A DNA stretch of 64,000 nt from positions 6,453-70,452 of the forward strand of contig CAZWIJ010000005.1 of assembly GCA_964633865.1 (NCBI GenBank). The letters run 5' to 3'. Source of the DNA: an uncultured Candidatus Saccharibacteria bacterium. GTDB lineage: Bacteria; Patescibacteriota; Minisyncoccia; SW-4-49-11. The notes under the pieces were generated by a model. That model was not told the origin of the DNA, made no database searches, and was given only the letters and a program-made list of their open reading frames with translations. A program made the position numbers and the translations under genes. Each line of letters begins with the position of its first letter. The first letter of the stretch is position 1. Shown piece by piece: positions 1 through 8,694 of the stretch.

Positions 1-992
1 TAATCAACACCTAAATTATCAGACTTTATATTATCCTGATTAACCATGGTATAGCTTACCCCAATAAAGGGAACTCTTGTCTTACCAAATTGAGATACAT
101 CACTAGTCATTTTGGCTGCAAGATTTGATGGTAAAGCAAATCCTATTCCTTGAGCATTAGCGGCAACTGCTACATTCACACCTATTACTTTTCCATCTAA
201 ATCTAATAATGGACCTCCTGAATTACCTTGGTTGATAGCAGCATCTGTCTGAATTATATTAGATAATTGTTCCATATTCATACCTGATTGATCTGATGCC
301 ACTATTGTTCTACTTAAACCAGAAACAATCCCTTTACTTACAGTATTTTCAAACTGATTTAGTGAATTCCCAATCGCAATAGCTGTCTGACCAACTTTTA
401 TTTGAGATGAATCACCAAATTCTAATGGTGTTAAATTATCTTTCTCTATTTTAATTATAGCTAAATCTTGAGTTGGGTGAATATCTATAACTTTTGCTTC
501 TAATTTCTCTCCATCAGGAAAAACTACTGTATATGTTGCATCTTTTTCAGAAACAACATGTTTATTTGTCATTATAAAACCATCACTTGTAACTACAAAA
601 CCACTTCCACCTCCAACTTCTCTTTTTTCAGTAGGTGATTCTGTATTCTCATTTTGAGGTTGATTGGGTATTTGAATTCCTGTTCCAGGACCAAAAAAGA
701 AATCAAAAGGTGATATTCTTTGCATATTACCAACAGATATATCTTTAGATATAGTTATACTAACAACAGAAGGGTTTACTTTATCTATTACATTTACTAA
801 TTTTGATTGCTCCTCTGTTAGATTTAAATCTCTGACTAAATCTACTTTTTCATTACTTGCTTTATCAGAATCTTTCATATTACTTATATAACTATAAGAA
901 ATTCCACCAGCAAAAAAGCCTGTAAACATAGATAACAAAACACTAATTAAAACAACGGACACTAATTGATTAGATTTATATATTTGATTCAT
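1..992 (-). CDS. htrA: HtrA/DegP-family trypsin-like serine protease (N-terminal ~330 aa; 3' end runs off window start)
   Basis: Own translation of the minus strand from ATG at 990-992. It gives an N-terminal hydrophobic anchor, then a trypsin fold with His (TNKHVV), Asp (TQDLAII) and the GNSGGPL serine motif. No stop occurs before position 1. Confidence 0.75.
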   Translation of the reverse strand, partial: MNQIYKSNQLVSVVLISVLLSMFTGFFAGGISYSYISNMKDSDKASNEKVDLVRDLNLTEEQSKLVNVIDKVNPSVVSITISKDISVGNMQRISPFDFFFGPGTGIQIPNQPQNENTESPTEKREVGGGSGFVVTSDGFIMTNKHVVSEKDATYTVVFPDGEKLEAKVIDIHPTQDLAIIKIEKDNLTPLEFGDSSQIKVGQTAIAIGNSLNQFENTVSKGIVSGLSRTIVASDQSGMNMEQLSNIIQTDAAINQGNSGGPLLDLDGKVIGVNVAVAANAQGIGFALPSNLAAKMTSDVSQFGKTRVPFIGVSYTMVNQDNIKSDNLGVD

Positions 993-1077
993 AGTAATTT
1001 GAACTTTATTATTAATATTTATAATAAGTATATGATACTTTAATTATATCAAATTTTTTAATTTTTTTATATAATAT

Positions 1078-3837
1078 TTATAAATTTTTTAGTTTTTCTT
1101 TTGCAATCTCTAAATCTGGTTGTTTTTCCAAAGCTTTCTCAAAAACAAACTTAGCTTTTTCAGTCTCTCCTTGAGCTATATAAACATCACCCAATAATAC
1201 ATAACTATCTATACTTTCTGGTAAATCTCTTATTAATACATTTAATAGTTGCTCTGATAATTGATATTCTTTCTCTTGATAATACAAATTAGCTAATCTA
1301 TATATTAATTTAACATCTGCTACTTTTTTATTTTTTTGTACTATCTCTATATATTTTTCCAAGACTTTTATCTGATTTGGATTATCTTTTAGTATAGCAT
1401 ATATATCAGCATACAACTCATATCCCAAAACATATGTAGTATTTTTGTTTAAACTTTTTTCTATATATTCTATTGCTTTGTCAATAAACTCAGGATTACT
1501 ATTTGTTTGATAAGATAATATATATAATTTAGCTCTATAAAAATCCCATTTTGGAGAATTTGGTTTTAAATTTTCTGCTAAATTTATATTCTCTAAAATA
1601 TCTTCATCATTAATTGAGCCATATCTTTTTATCAAAAATTTTAGATCAATTTCAGAATTGATAATATTTAATGAATATGGATATCTAATCTTTTGAATAG
1701 CTATTTCGTCAAGTAAACTTTTTATCTTCTGGTTCAATTCTGATATTTGTTCTGTGTTATTTTCATCTTGATTTTGAATAATTTCAGTTAATTTTTTGTC
1801 TAATAATTTAGTTTCTTGCTGAATATAATATTCGAAATACAAAGAGTAGTTAGTAAATTTATTTTTTGATTCAGTAATTTTTTCTAAGTTTATAGATTCA
1901 TCTGTAGAAGCTATAGCTAATTCATATAAATTATGAGCTTGAAAAGCTTTTATAAAATTTGATACAACAATAAAGTTTAAAAATATTAATCCAAAACTCA
2001 ATATACCGATTACACTAACTATTTGTGAATTATAATTTTTTAAACCTGTTTTCCCTTGCCATAAATTCATTGGAAAATTGAAATTTTCTTTACCTAAATA
2101 CAAAACAATTAATAAAATAACTCCTATCTTTGCTATTAATTCCATTGGAAAAAATAATAATAATATAAATAAAACCAAAACTAAACTCTGCTCTTTATTA
2201 ATAAATTTTGTTTGTATTATTGATGCTAAGAAATCTAAACCTATTAATAATAGAATAATCAATATAAAAATCAATCCAAAAGATCCTACCCTTACTATAA
2301 AATTAAATATTTCTGACCAAAAATTAAATAAATCAGTATCCCAAACACTAGTTTGCAAGAAATCATTAGGTAAAAATTTATTCCAAGTATAACTAACTCC
2401 TTTTCCATATAATAACGAATCTCCCAAAGATTGTCTTGTATAATTCAAACCTTGACTGAAATTAAGATAAAATTCTTGTGTTAAACTATTAGATTTTACA
2501 AATATTGAAGTGAATATTCCTATTACTAAGCTTATACTCCATATAATATATTTAAAAGAAAATTTATTTTTAGTTATATTATTTTCTTTTAAATCAACTA
2601 AAAATAATATCATTGCCATTGCAATACTCACTATTAACAAAGTCTGATTTTGAATAATTTGTAATAATAAAATATAATAAAATACTCCTAATAATAAAAT
2701 AAAATTATTAAAAATTAATGATATCCCCTTTTGCCCATAACTAATATACCAAAGAGATATAATTGATAATATTGTCAAAATTGCTATTTGTATAATAGAT
2801 GAGCTCAAAAAAGTATAGCTAGGAAATAATTTCTGTAGTAAATCTATTGGTTGTATATCAAAGCTAGAAACCAGAATTAAAGGTGTAACAGATACAATTA
2901 TTAATATACTCCAGATATTCAAAACAAACTTTACAAAATTTAGATTAACAAAAAATCTTAATATAAAGTAAAGTAATATTAAAGCTAAATATATAATTCC
3001 ACTATCAAATGGTCTTTGGACATTTCCCCAAACTAAACTTATATCTTTATTTAGAATTGTTAGTATGATTAATCCTATACCAAATAAAAGTATTGTTGCA
3101 TCATAAGCTGTAAATTTTTTCTGATAATCTATATTTCCAATAGCCCAAAGTAATAAAAAAAATATTGATATTAAAAATATACCTACACCAAAAACAACAG
3201 TTTTGATAATTTCCCAAGAAAATATCCAATTAGAATTAACAAAGAATATAGGTGAAATAATAACAAATATAAAAGAAATTAATATTAAAACCAAATATAT
3301 ATTAATTTTTGAATTATTAGTAGTAATTTTAGATTTCAGATCTAAAGATTTTGGTTGCTCTACTTTTTTTAATAACTCTCTCTTTTTATTCATATTACTT
3401 CTAAGTATATTTCTCTTACTAGTAGATTTATAGATTTCTTCTAGATTAAGATTGTGTTTAGCTATTAACTTAGTATTATTTCTTGATAAATTAATAGAAT
3501 TCTTTCTGTCTATATTAGACTTAATAATATCTTTTTTTGGAATTGGTTTTCTTTTTAAAACAATTGGTTTAGCAATTTTTACTGGGAGTTTTTCTTCAAA
3601 GTAATTAGTATTTTGAATTTGTTTTTTTAAAATTATTGGTTTTGCTACTCTAATTGGTAATTTTTCTTCTATTATTTGTTCTTTTGGAACCTTATTTATA
3701 ATTACAGGTTTAGGAATTTTCTTTACCTCTATTTTAGGGTTTTCTTTTTGTATATTTATTTTTATAAAATTACCAGTCTTTAATTTTTTTTCAGATTTAC
3801 TTTCCTTTACCAACGATACTCCAATTTTTTCCGTCAT
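1078..3837 (-). CDS. Polytopic membrane protein (~12 TM) with Lys-rich tandemly repeated N-terminus and C-terminal TPR repeats; possibly O-antigen-ligase (Wzy_C)-like
   Basis: 919-aa ORF. The N-terminus carries tandem repeats (EEKLPIRVAKPIILKK / EEKLPVKIAKPIVLKR). The central part is long and hydrophobic. The C-terminus has a TPR-like periodicity of Y/L/A residues. The Wzy_C assignment is from memory of the architecture only. Confidence 0.4.
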   Translation of the reverse strand: MTEKIGVSLVKESKSEKKLKTGNFIKINIQKENPKIEVKKIPKPVIINKVPKEQIIEEKLPIRVAKPIILKKQIQNTNYFEEKLPVKIAKPIVLKRKPIPKKDIIKSNIDRKNSINLSRNNTKLIAKHNLNLEEIYKSTSKRNILRSNMNKKRELLKKVEQPKSLDLKSKITTNNSKINIYLVLILISFIFVIISPIFFVNSNWIFSWEIIKTVVFGVGIFLISIFFLLLWAIGNIDYQKKFTAYDATILLFGIGLIILTILNKDISLVWGNVQRPFDSGIIYLALILLYFILRFFVNLNFVKFVLNIWSILIIVSVTPLILVSSFDIQPIDLLQKLFPSYTFLSSSIIQIAILTILSIISLWYISYGQKGISLIFNNFILLLGVFYYILLLQIIQNQTLLIVSIAMAMILFLVDLKENNITKNKFSFKYIIWSISLVIGIFTSIFVKSNSLTQEFYLNFSQGLNYTRQSLGDSLLYGKGVSYTWNKFLPNDFLQTSVWDTDLFNFWSEIFNFIVRVGSFGLIFILIILLLIGLDFLASIIQTKFINKEQSLVLVLFILLLFFPMELIAKIGVILLIVLYLGKENFNFPMNLWQGKTGLKNYNSQIVSVIGILSFGLIFLNFIVVSNFIKAFQAHNLYELAIASTDESINLEKITESKNKFTNYSLYFEYYIQQETKLLDKKLTEIIQNQDENNTEQISELNQKIKSLLDEIAIQKIRYPYSLNIINSEIDLKFLIKRYGSINDEDILENINLAENLKPNSPKWDFYRAKLYILSYQTNSNPEFIDKAIEYIEKSLNKNTTYVLGYELYADIYAILKDNPNQIKVLEKYIEIVQKNKKVADVKLIYRLANLYYQEKEYQLSEQLLNVLIRDLPESIDSYVLLGDVYIAQGETEKAKFVFEKALEKQPDLEIAKEKLKNL

Positions 3838-6571
3838 AAATAATTCTTATAAGTTGATATTGAGATTCTAATTCAATGCTACTTGATCCATCTATTAATC
3901 CATTACTATTATTTATTATAACTTTATTTACAGAATTATCAACTTTTTTTATAATAATCTCTTTACCATTTAACTTTGGGTCATTAATTAAATTCAAATT
4001 TATCTCTCCCAAACTAGAATCCACTGATACAAAATTATCTGTTACTAAAATATCTCCTGATACACTAACTGTTCTATTATATGATATATTCTCCGAATTT
4101 GTTTCATTGTTAATTTTACCTAAGACAGTTAAATCTCCTTTGATAAACACATCTCCATCAACATTTAAGCCTTTTATATTTAAACTTTCTTGACTAAAAG
4201 AATTTCTTAATAAATCTGATGTTAATTGTATAGACTTAACTTTAGCATCTAATTCTTTTATAGATTCTAATAATAAAGGTGTTATTTTAGAATAATCCAT
4301 CTCAAGTAATCCATCATTTCTTTTTGATACAATTTCTGGTAATACTTTTTCTACTTCTTGAGACACAAAACCTACTTGTCGAGATTTTGTTTGTGAATTA
4401 GATTTCCAGTAGTAATAGTATCCTTTTAATTGATTTATCTTGTCAAGAGCTTGATCAATTTGTGTTATATCTCTTTTTACTGAAATATCAGATAACATAT
4501 TGTTAGAATTATTTAGTGTAGTCTGATTATTATCCCCAACAGTTAATGTATTTGGTAACGAAGCTATGGATACATATCCTCCGGTTAATCTTGTTAAATA
4601 ATTAACTGATGTTCCATTATAAGTTGTAAAATCTCCTCCTACTATTATTTTTCCATCACTCTGTATTGATGTGCTATATATATTATTATTAAACCCTGTT
4701 CCAGTATCAAAACTATTATCTATACTTCCATCACTATTTAATCTTATTATCCTGTTTGCACTTAATCCTTGATATGTACTAAACCCACCTCCTACTATAA
4801 CCTTCCCATCACTTTGAATTGATTTACTATATACACTACCATTAAACCCTGTTCCAGTATCAAAACTATTATCTATACTTCCATCACTATTTAATCTTAT
4901 TATCCTGTTTGCACTTAATCCTTGATATGTACTAAACCCACCTCCTACTATAACCTTCCCATCACTTTGAATTGATATATTATGAACAACAGCATTAAAG
5001 CCTGTACCTATATTAAAGCTATTATCTCTACTTCCATCATTATTTAATCTTATTATCCTGTTTGCATTTAATCCTTGATATGTAGTAAAATTTCCTCCTA
5101 CTATAACCTTCCCATCACTTTGAATTGTAATTATAACAGTATTAGAAGCAAATCCTGTTCCTATGTTAAAACTGTTATCTATACTTCCATCACTATTCAA
5201 TCTCACTATATAATTCACTCCTGTACCATTATATTCAGTAAATACACCTCCTATTACAATCTTTCCATCAAACTGAATTACTATAGTAGAAACAGTAACA
5301 CCAACGAATCCTGTACCAATATCAAAGCTATTATCTCTACTTCCATCACTATTTAATCTTATTATCCTGTTTGCACTTAATCCTTGATATGTACTAAAAT
5401 TTCCTCCTACTATAACCTTCCCATCACTTTGCAATACTATTCTATCAATCCTATTATCAAATCCTGTACCAATATCAAAGCTATTATCTCTACTTCCATC
5501 ACTATTTAATCTTATTATCCTGTTTGCACTTAATCCTTGATATGTACTAAAATTTCCTCCTACTATAACCTTCCCATCACTTTGGATTGATTTACTATTA
5601 ATAAAGGAGTTAAATCCTGTTCCTATATCAAAACTACTTGTGGATATTTCACTAATTCTTTGATCTAAATAACTTTTATTAATAAGAGTATTTGGATTAG
5701 CTGTATCTACAGTACTTAGATAACCATTTCCTGTTATATTAACATTTTGCAAGGTAGATAAACCTGCTACAGAAAGTGTATTCAAGCTAGTATTCCCCGT
5801 AACAGTTAAATTATTTCCAACATCAATATTTCCACCTGAAGATATAGAATCTACAACAGAAAGAGTTGTACCTACATTAGCCGATCCAGACACATTAAAA
5901 GTTCCAACAACATCTAGTGTAGATGTTGGAATAAGAGTTCCTATACCTACATTACCACTAGGTTCTATTATAAATCTAGTTGTAGGCAATACTCCATCAT
6001 CTCCTGTGAATATTAATTGACCTGTATCTGATATTCTTAAATTACTTAAATTTCCTGTACTTGAATTATCAGAAACTAATTTAAGAGAATTGAAAGCCGA
6101 TGCTACAGAAGTTAACTTTCTTCTTGGAGAAAATATTTCTTCATAAATATCATCTTCATCCAAGTCCATTTGAACTTCTATATATAAACTATTATTATTA
6201 AGAATGTTAGTAAGAGAGATATCAGTATTACAAGAACCTATAAGTACATCAAATTTACCATTAATTATTTCAGCTTTGGAACAAGCAACTCCAGGATTAC
6301 CATAAGTAGTAGTATCATCCATTGTTTCAGTCCAAAGAGCATTCCCACTAGTAGGAGCATCATAGATTATAATCTGCATATTATAATCTCCTGTTCCTAA
6401 CAAAACTGAATCTGAATTATAAATCTTTCCAGAATATCTAATAGTCTGGTCTATCCCACCATCAAAAGCTTTTATAGTTTCTAGATTTGAGATTAATAAT
6501 ATAGATGCTATTAAGAAAAATTTTAAATAATTTATTATGTTTTTTTCTTGTAAAATTTGATATTTGATCAT
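3797..6571 (-). CDS. Secreted surface protein: signal peptide, ~8 delta-60-type beta-propeller repeats, intramolecular chaperone (peptidase S74) domain, extra ~140-aa C-terminal domain
   Basis: 924-aa ORF with an N-terminal signal-like segment. The repeat unit FDIGTGF..IQSDGKVIVGGNFSTYQGLSANRIIRLNSDGSRDNS occurs about 8 times. The segment SDISVKRDITQIDQALDKINQLKGYYYYWK..QVGFVSQEVEKVLPEIVSK..MDYSKITPLLLESIKEL matches the S74 chaperone-of-endosialidase consensus as I remember it. Confidence 0.6.
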   Translation of the reverse strand: MIKYQILQEKNIINYLKFFLIASILLISNLETIKAFDGGIDQTIRYSGKIYNSDSVLLGTGDYNMQIIIYDAPTSGNALWTETMDDTTTYGNPGVACSKAEIINGKFDVLIGSCNTDISLTNILNNNSLYIEVQMDLDEDDIYEEIFSPRRKLTSVASAFNSLKLVSDNSSTGNLSNLRISDTGQLIFTGDDGVLPTTRFIIEPSGNVGIGTLIPTSTLDVVGTFNVSGSANVGTTLSVVDSISSGGNIDVGNNLTVTGNTSLNTLSVAGLSTLQNVNITGNGYLSTVDTANPNTLINKSYLDQRISEISTSSFDIGTGFNSFINSKSIQSDGKVIVGGNFSTYQGLSANRIIRLNSDGSRDNSFDIGTGFDNRIDRIVLQSDGKVIVGGNFSTYQGLSANRIIRLNSDGSRDNSFDIGTGFVGVTVSTIVIQFDGKIVIGGVFTEYNGTGVNYIVRLNSDGSIDNSFNIGTGFASNTVIITIQSDGKVIVGGNFTTYQGLNANRIIRLNNDGSRDNSFNIGTGFNAVVHNISIQSDGKVIVGGGFSTYQGLSANRIIRLNSDGSIDNSFDTGTGFNGSVYSKSIQSDGKVIVGGGFSTYQGLSANRIIRLNSDGSIDNSFDTGTGFNNNIYSTSIQSDGKIIVGGDFTTYNGTSVNYLTRLTGGYVSIASLPNTLTVGDNNQTTLNNSNNMLSDISVKRDITQIDQALDKINQLKGYYYYWKSNSQTKSRQVGFVSQEVEKVLPEIVSKRNDGLLEMDYSKITPLLLESIKELDAKVKSIQLTSDLLRNSFSQESLNIKGLNVDGDVFIKGDLTVLGKINNETNSENISYNRTVSVSGDILVTDNFVSVDSSLGEINLNLINDPKLNGKEIIIKKVDNSVNKVIINNSNGLIDGSSSIELESQYQLIRIIYDGKNWSIVGKGK
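4690..5620. repeat. Near-identical DNA-level tandem direct repeats (~150-nt unit) inside the surface-protein gene
   Basis: Long identical stretches recur several times between ~4700 and ~5600, for example ...ctattatctatacttccatcactatttaatcttattatcctgtttgcacttaatccttgatatgtactaaa... Confidence 0.8.
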
Positions 6572-6707
6572 TATAAAGTATAATTAATTTTTTAATTTAT
6601 ATGAATTTTATATTGTATATAGACATTATATTTAAATATCTATTAATTATTTATCAAATTTATTGATATAAATATAATAACATAAATTTTTATTATATTA
6701 CAGTCCA

Positions 6708-6740
6708 AAGTTATCCACAAAGTTATCCACAAAGTTACTA
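6708..6740 (+). promoter_or_regulatory. Tandem 13-bp direct repeats AAAGTTATCCACA (2 perfect plus 1 degenerate), each containing a perfect DnaA-box 9-mer TTATCCACA, immediately upstream of the pilin promoter
   Basis: Sequence caaagTTATCCACAaagTTATCCACAaagttactaaa at 6706-6741. The repeats lie 12-40 bp upstream of the -35 element. Confidence 0.5.
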
Positions 6741-6751
6741 AATTTTATTAG

Positions 6752-6780
6752 TTGACAGTTTTTTATATAGAAGCTACAAT
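6752..6780 (+). promoter_or_regulatory. Sigma70-type promoter TTGACA-17-TACAAT for the major pilin gene
   Basis: TTGACA at 6752-6757, a 17-nt spacer, and TACAAT at 6775-6780. Confidence 0.55.
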
Positions 6781-6831
6781 AATATTGTAGTATGAAAAAT
6801 ACTAAATATTATAAAATTAATTTCATAAAAT

Positions 6832-7422
6832 ATGAAATACAATGTAAATGTACATAAAAAAGAAAAAGGTTTCACATTACTTGAAATCTTACTTGTTATA
6901 GCTGCTATTGGTATTTTAGCTGCTATTGTTATCGTAGCTATCAATCCTACACAACAGTTAGGTAAAGCTAGAAATGCTGAAAGACAATCAGAAGTTAATA
7001 CTATCTCCAATGCTATTTATCAATACTTTATTGATGAGGGTGTATTTCCAGGAGGATTAAATACAGCTTCAGCACTAACAGATCTTGATATATCAACTAT
7101 TAATTTAAATGATGGAACTGATATAGTAACTGGTGCTTGTGGGTTAACTGTAACAGCAACTAGTACTAATTATGTTAATTTATCTTCTCTTACACCAGAT
7201 TATATAGGATCATTACCTACAGATCCAAGTAATCCTACAGATAATTTAGCAACATCTGGACAAGTAACTGAAGCTGGAGCTCTAACACCTGCTCAAACAG
7301 TAGTATCTGGAAACCCTATTTGTACAGGATATACAGTGTCTAAAGAAACAACTTTATCTGGAAGAATTACAGTTGAAGCTCCTTTAGCTGAATTAGGAGA
7401 AACAATTTCTATCTTAAGATAA
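6832..7422 (+). CDS. Type IV pilin / pseudopilin (prepilin with N-terminal cleavage-methylation motif)
   Basis: KG|FTLLEILLVIAAIGILAAI class-III signal with the hydrophobic alpha-1 helix. The size is 196 aa. A strong promoter lies upstream and a terminator directly downstream. Confidence 0.7.
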   Translation: MKYNVNVHKKEKGFTLLEILLVIAAIGILAAIVIVAINPTQQLGKARNAERQSEVNTISNAIYQYFIDEGVFPGGLNTASALTDLDISTINLNDGTDIVTGACGLTVTATSTNYVNLSSLTPDYIGSLPTDPSNPTDNLATSGQVTEAGALTPAQTVVSGNPICTGYTVSKETTLSGRITVEAPLAELGETISILR

Positions 7423-7454
7423 TAAAAATCTTAACTTAGAATTAATATAAATAA

Positions 7455-7490
7455 AAAACTCTCTTATATAAAGAGAGTTTTTTATTTTGT
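7455..7490 (+). terminator. Rho-independent terminator after the major pilin gene
   Basis: AACTCTCTT-atata-AAGAGAGTT hairpin followed by TTTTTTATTTT. Confidence 0.7.
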
Positions 7491-7506
7491 ATTTATCTAA
7501 ATATTA

Positions 7507-7515
7507 TGTTATAAT
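7507..7515 (+). promoter_or_regulatory. Extended -10 element (TGnTATAAT) upstream of the next pilin-like gene
   Basis: tgTtATAAT at 7507-7515, 35 nt upstream of the ATG at 7550. Confidence 0.4.
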
Positions 7516-7549
7516 TTAGATAATAATAAATAATTAAAATTAGAATAAA

Positions 7550-8683
7550 ATGAAATCTGGATTTGTAACTTTAGTATTAGCCATAATAATATCAGCTGTA
7601 GGAACAGCAATTGCTATTAACTCACTTATTATTACTGACCAAAACAATAAAAATAATATTGTAAAAGAAGATTCTCTAAAGTCTCAGAAAATTGCTGAAT
7701 CTTGTTTAGAATTAGTATTTGATAAATTAATCCAAAATAAATTCTATTCTGGGGATGAGACTTTAACCATTGAAGGCGAAGAATGTAGAGTATATAGCAT
7801 ATACAAAAGATCAAATAAACATATCATTCAGATAGAAGCTGGGGCTCAAAATTATAAAAAATATCTTGAGGCTGAGATAAATCAACTTGCTCCAAATTTA
7901 AAAATCAAATATACCAAAAATATAACTAACCTTTCAGATGGGGATATTAATACATCAGCTTTTAATTCTAATAATCCCTATAAAATTAAAAATGCTAATT
8001 TAAAATTATGGCTTAAAGCTGATGGTATTAATATAAATAATAATATCGGATTTTCTACTTGGAGTGATTATTCTTCTGGACAAATTACACCTATCTCTTT
8101 CGAGCAATCGGATGAGACTAAAAGACCAAAATTCATAGAATATAATGATAATTTTTTACCTACGGTAAAATTTGATGGTGTAGATGACTTTATGTCTGCT
8201 GGAGCAGAAAATTTATTTGATAATACAAATGGAATGTCAATATTCATAGTAGGAAAATCAAATAAAGTAGATATTAATCAATCTTACATTAGTAAATTTA
8301 GCCAACCTGATAATAAGATGGAATGGAGATTCCAAAATGATAACTTTGCTATAGCTTCTCTTAATGGTACTATTAATCCTACTGACATAACTAATTTAAC
8401 TTCTGAGACTAATTATAGATTATTCTCAGGTATATGGATTCCTAATAATCCTATCGAAACATATATCAATTCTAGTACCTCTCCTATTTCCAATAATGCA
8501 ACCTCCTCCATAAACTCAATAAATATAACTGATACTGATCTTTTAATTGGAGCTATAGAAAATGGGAATGCTGGATTTTTAGATGGAGAAATATCTGAGA
8601 TTATAGTATATAATACTGCTCTTGATAATACAGAAAGACAAAGAGTTGAACAATATCTTAATACAAAATATGAAATTTATTAA
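7550..8683 (+). CDS. Pilin-like protein with N-terminal hydrophobic pilin-type helix and C-terminal LamG/concanavalin-like lectin domain
   Basis: Begins MKSGFVTLVLAIIISAV, which is prepilin-like but lacks Glu5. The C-terminus FDGVDDFMSAG...LDGEISEIIVYNTALDNTERQRVEQYL matches the LamG-type motif (G.iDe.ri.n.aLs..Ei). It is paralogous to the next gene. Confidence 0.5.
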   Translation: MKSGFVTLVLAIIISAVGTAIAINSLIITDQNNKNNIVKEDSLKSQKIAESCLELVFDKLIQNKFYSGDETLTIEGEECRVYSIYKRSNKHIIQIEAGAQNYKKYLEAEINQLAPNLKIKYTKNITNLSDGDINTSAFNSNNPYKIKNANLKLWLKADGININNNIGFSTWSDYSSGQITPISFEQSDETKRPKFIEYNDNFLPTVKFDGVDDFMSAGAENLFDNTNGMSIFIVGKSNKVDINQSYISKFSQPDNKMEWRFQNDNFAIASLNGTINPTDITNLTSETNYRLFSGIWIPNNPIETYINSSTSPISNNATSSINSINITDTDLLIGAIENGNAGFLDGEISEIIVYNTALDNTERQRVEQYLNTKYEIY

Positions 8684-8694
8684 ATAATAAAAAT

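Noticed and set aside
2078-2392. A set of ORFs in the supplied track: 2078-2392, 3203-3433, 3876-4193, 5075-5356, 6774-7010, 7632-7814, 9594-9791, 11371-11700, 15556-15762, 17975-18193, 24459-24665, 29240-29452, 41187-41390, 41845-42384, 42679-42975, 45176-45379, 46570-46767, 47646-48212, 48225-48410, 55316-55552, 57793-57984, 59979-60272 and 60726-60920
   Set aside because: All lie inside, and mostly antisense to, genes with strong motif support (ileS, uvrA, ftsZ, the surface protein, and others). Their translations are low-complexity I/L/S/F/N-rich strings, as expected from AT-rich antisense. No upstream promoter or RBS features were seen.
3797-3837. 41-bp overlap between the 919-aa and 924-aa minus-strand ORFs as a sign of a frameshifted single gene
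   Set aside because: The two proteins have unrelated architectures (a signal-peptide surface protein versus a TPR membrane protein), and the reading frames differ. A simple gene overlap or a slightly later start is more likely.
4690-5620. Possible CRISPR array suggested by highly regular repeats
   Set aside because: The repeats are about 150 nt long, contiguous with no unique spacers, and in-frame within a protein-coding gene (delta-60 repeat units). No short repeat-spacer array was seen anywhere in the window.
6572-6831. Chromosomal replication origin (oriC) suggested by DnaA boxes in an AT-rich intergenic region
   Set aside because: There are only two or three boxes and no dnaA, dnaN or other origin-linked genes nearby. 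The site sits directly on a pilin promoter. It is more consistent with a regulatory repeat, and was kept only as a finding to check.
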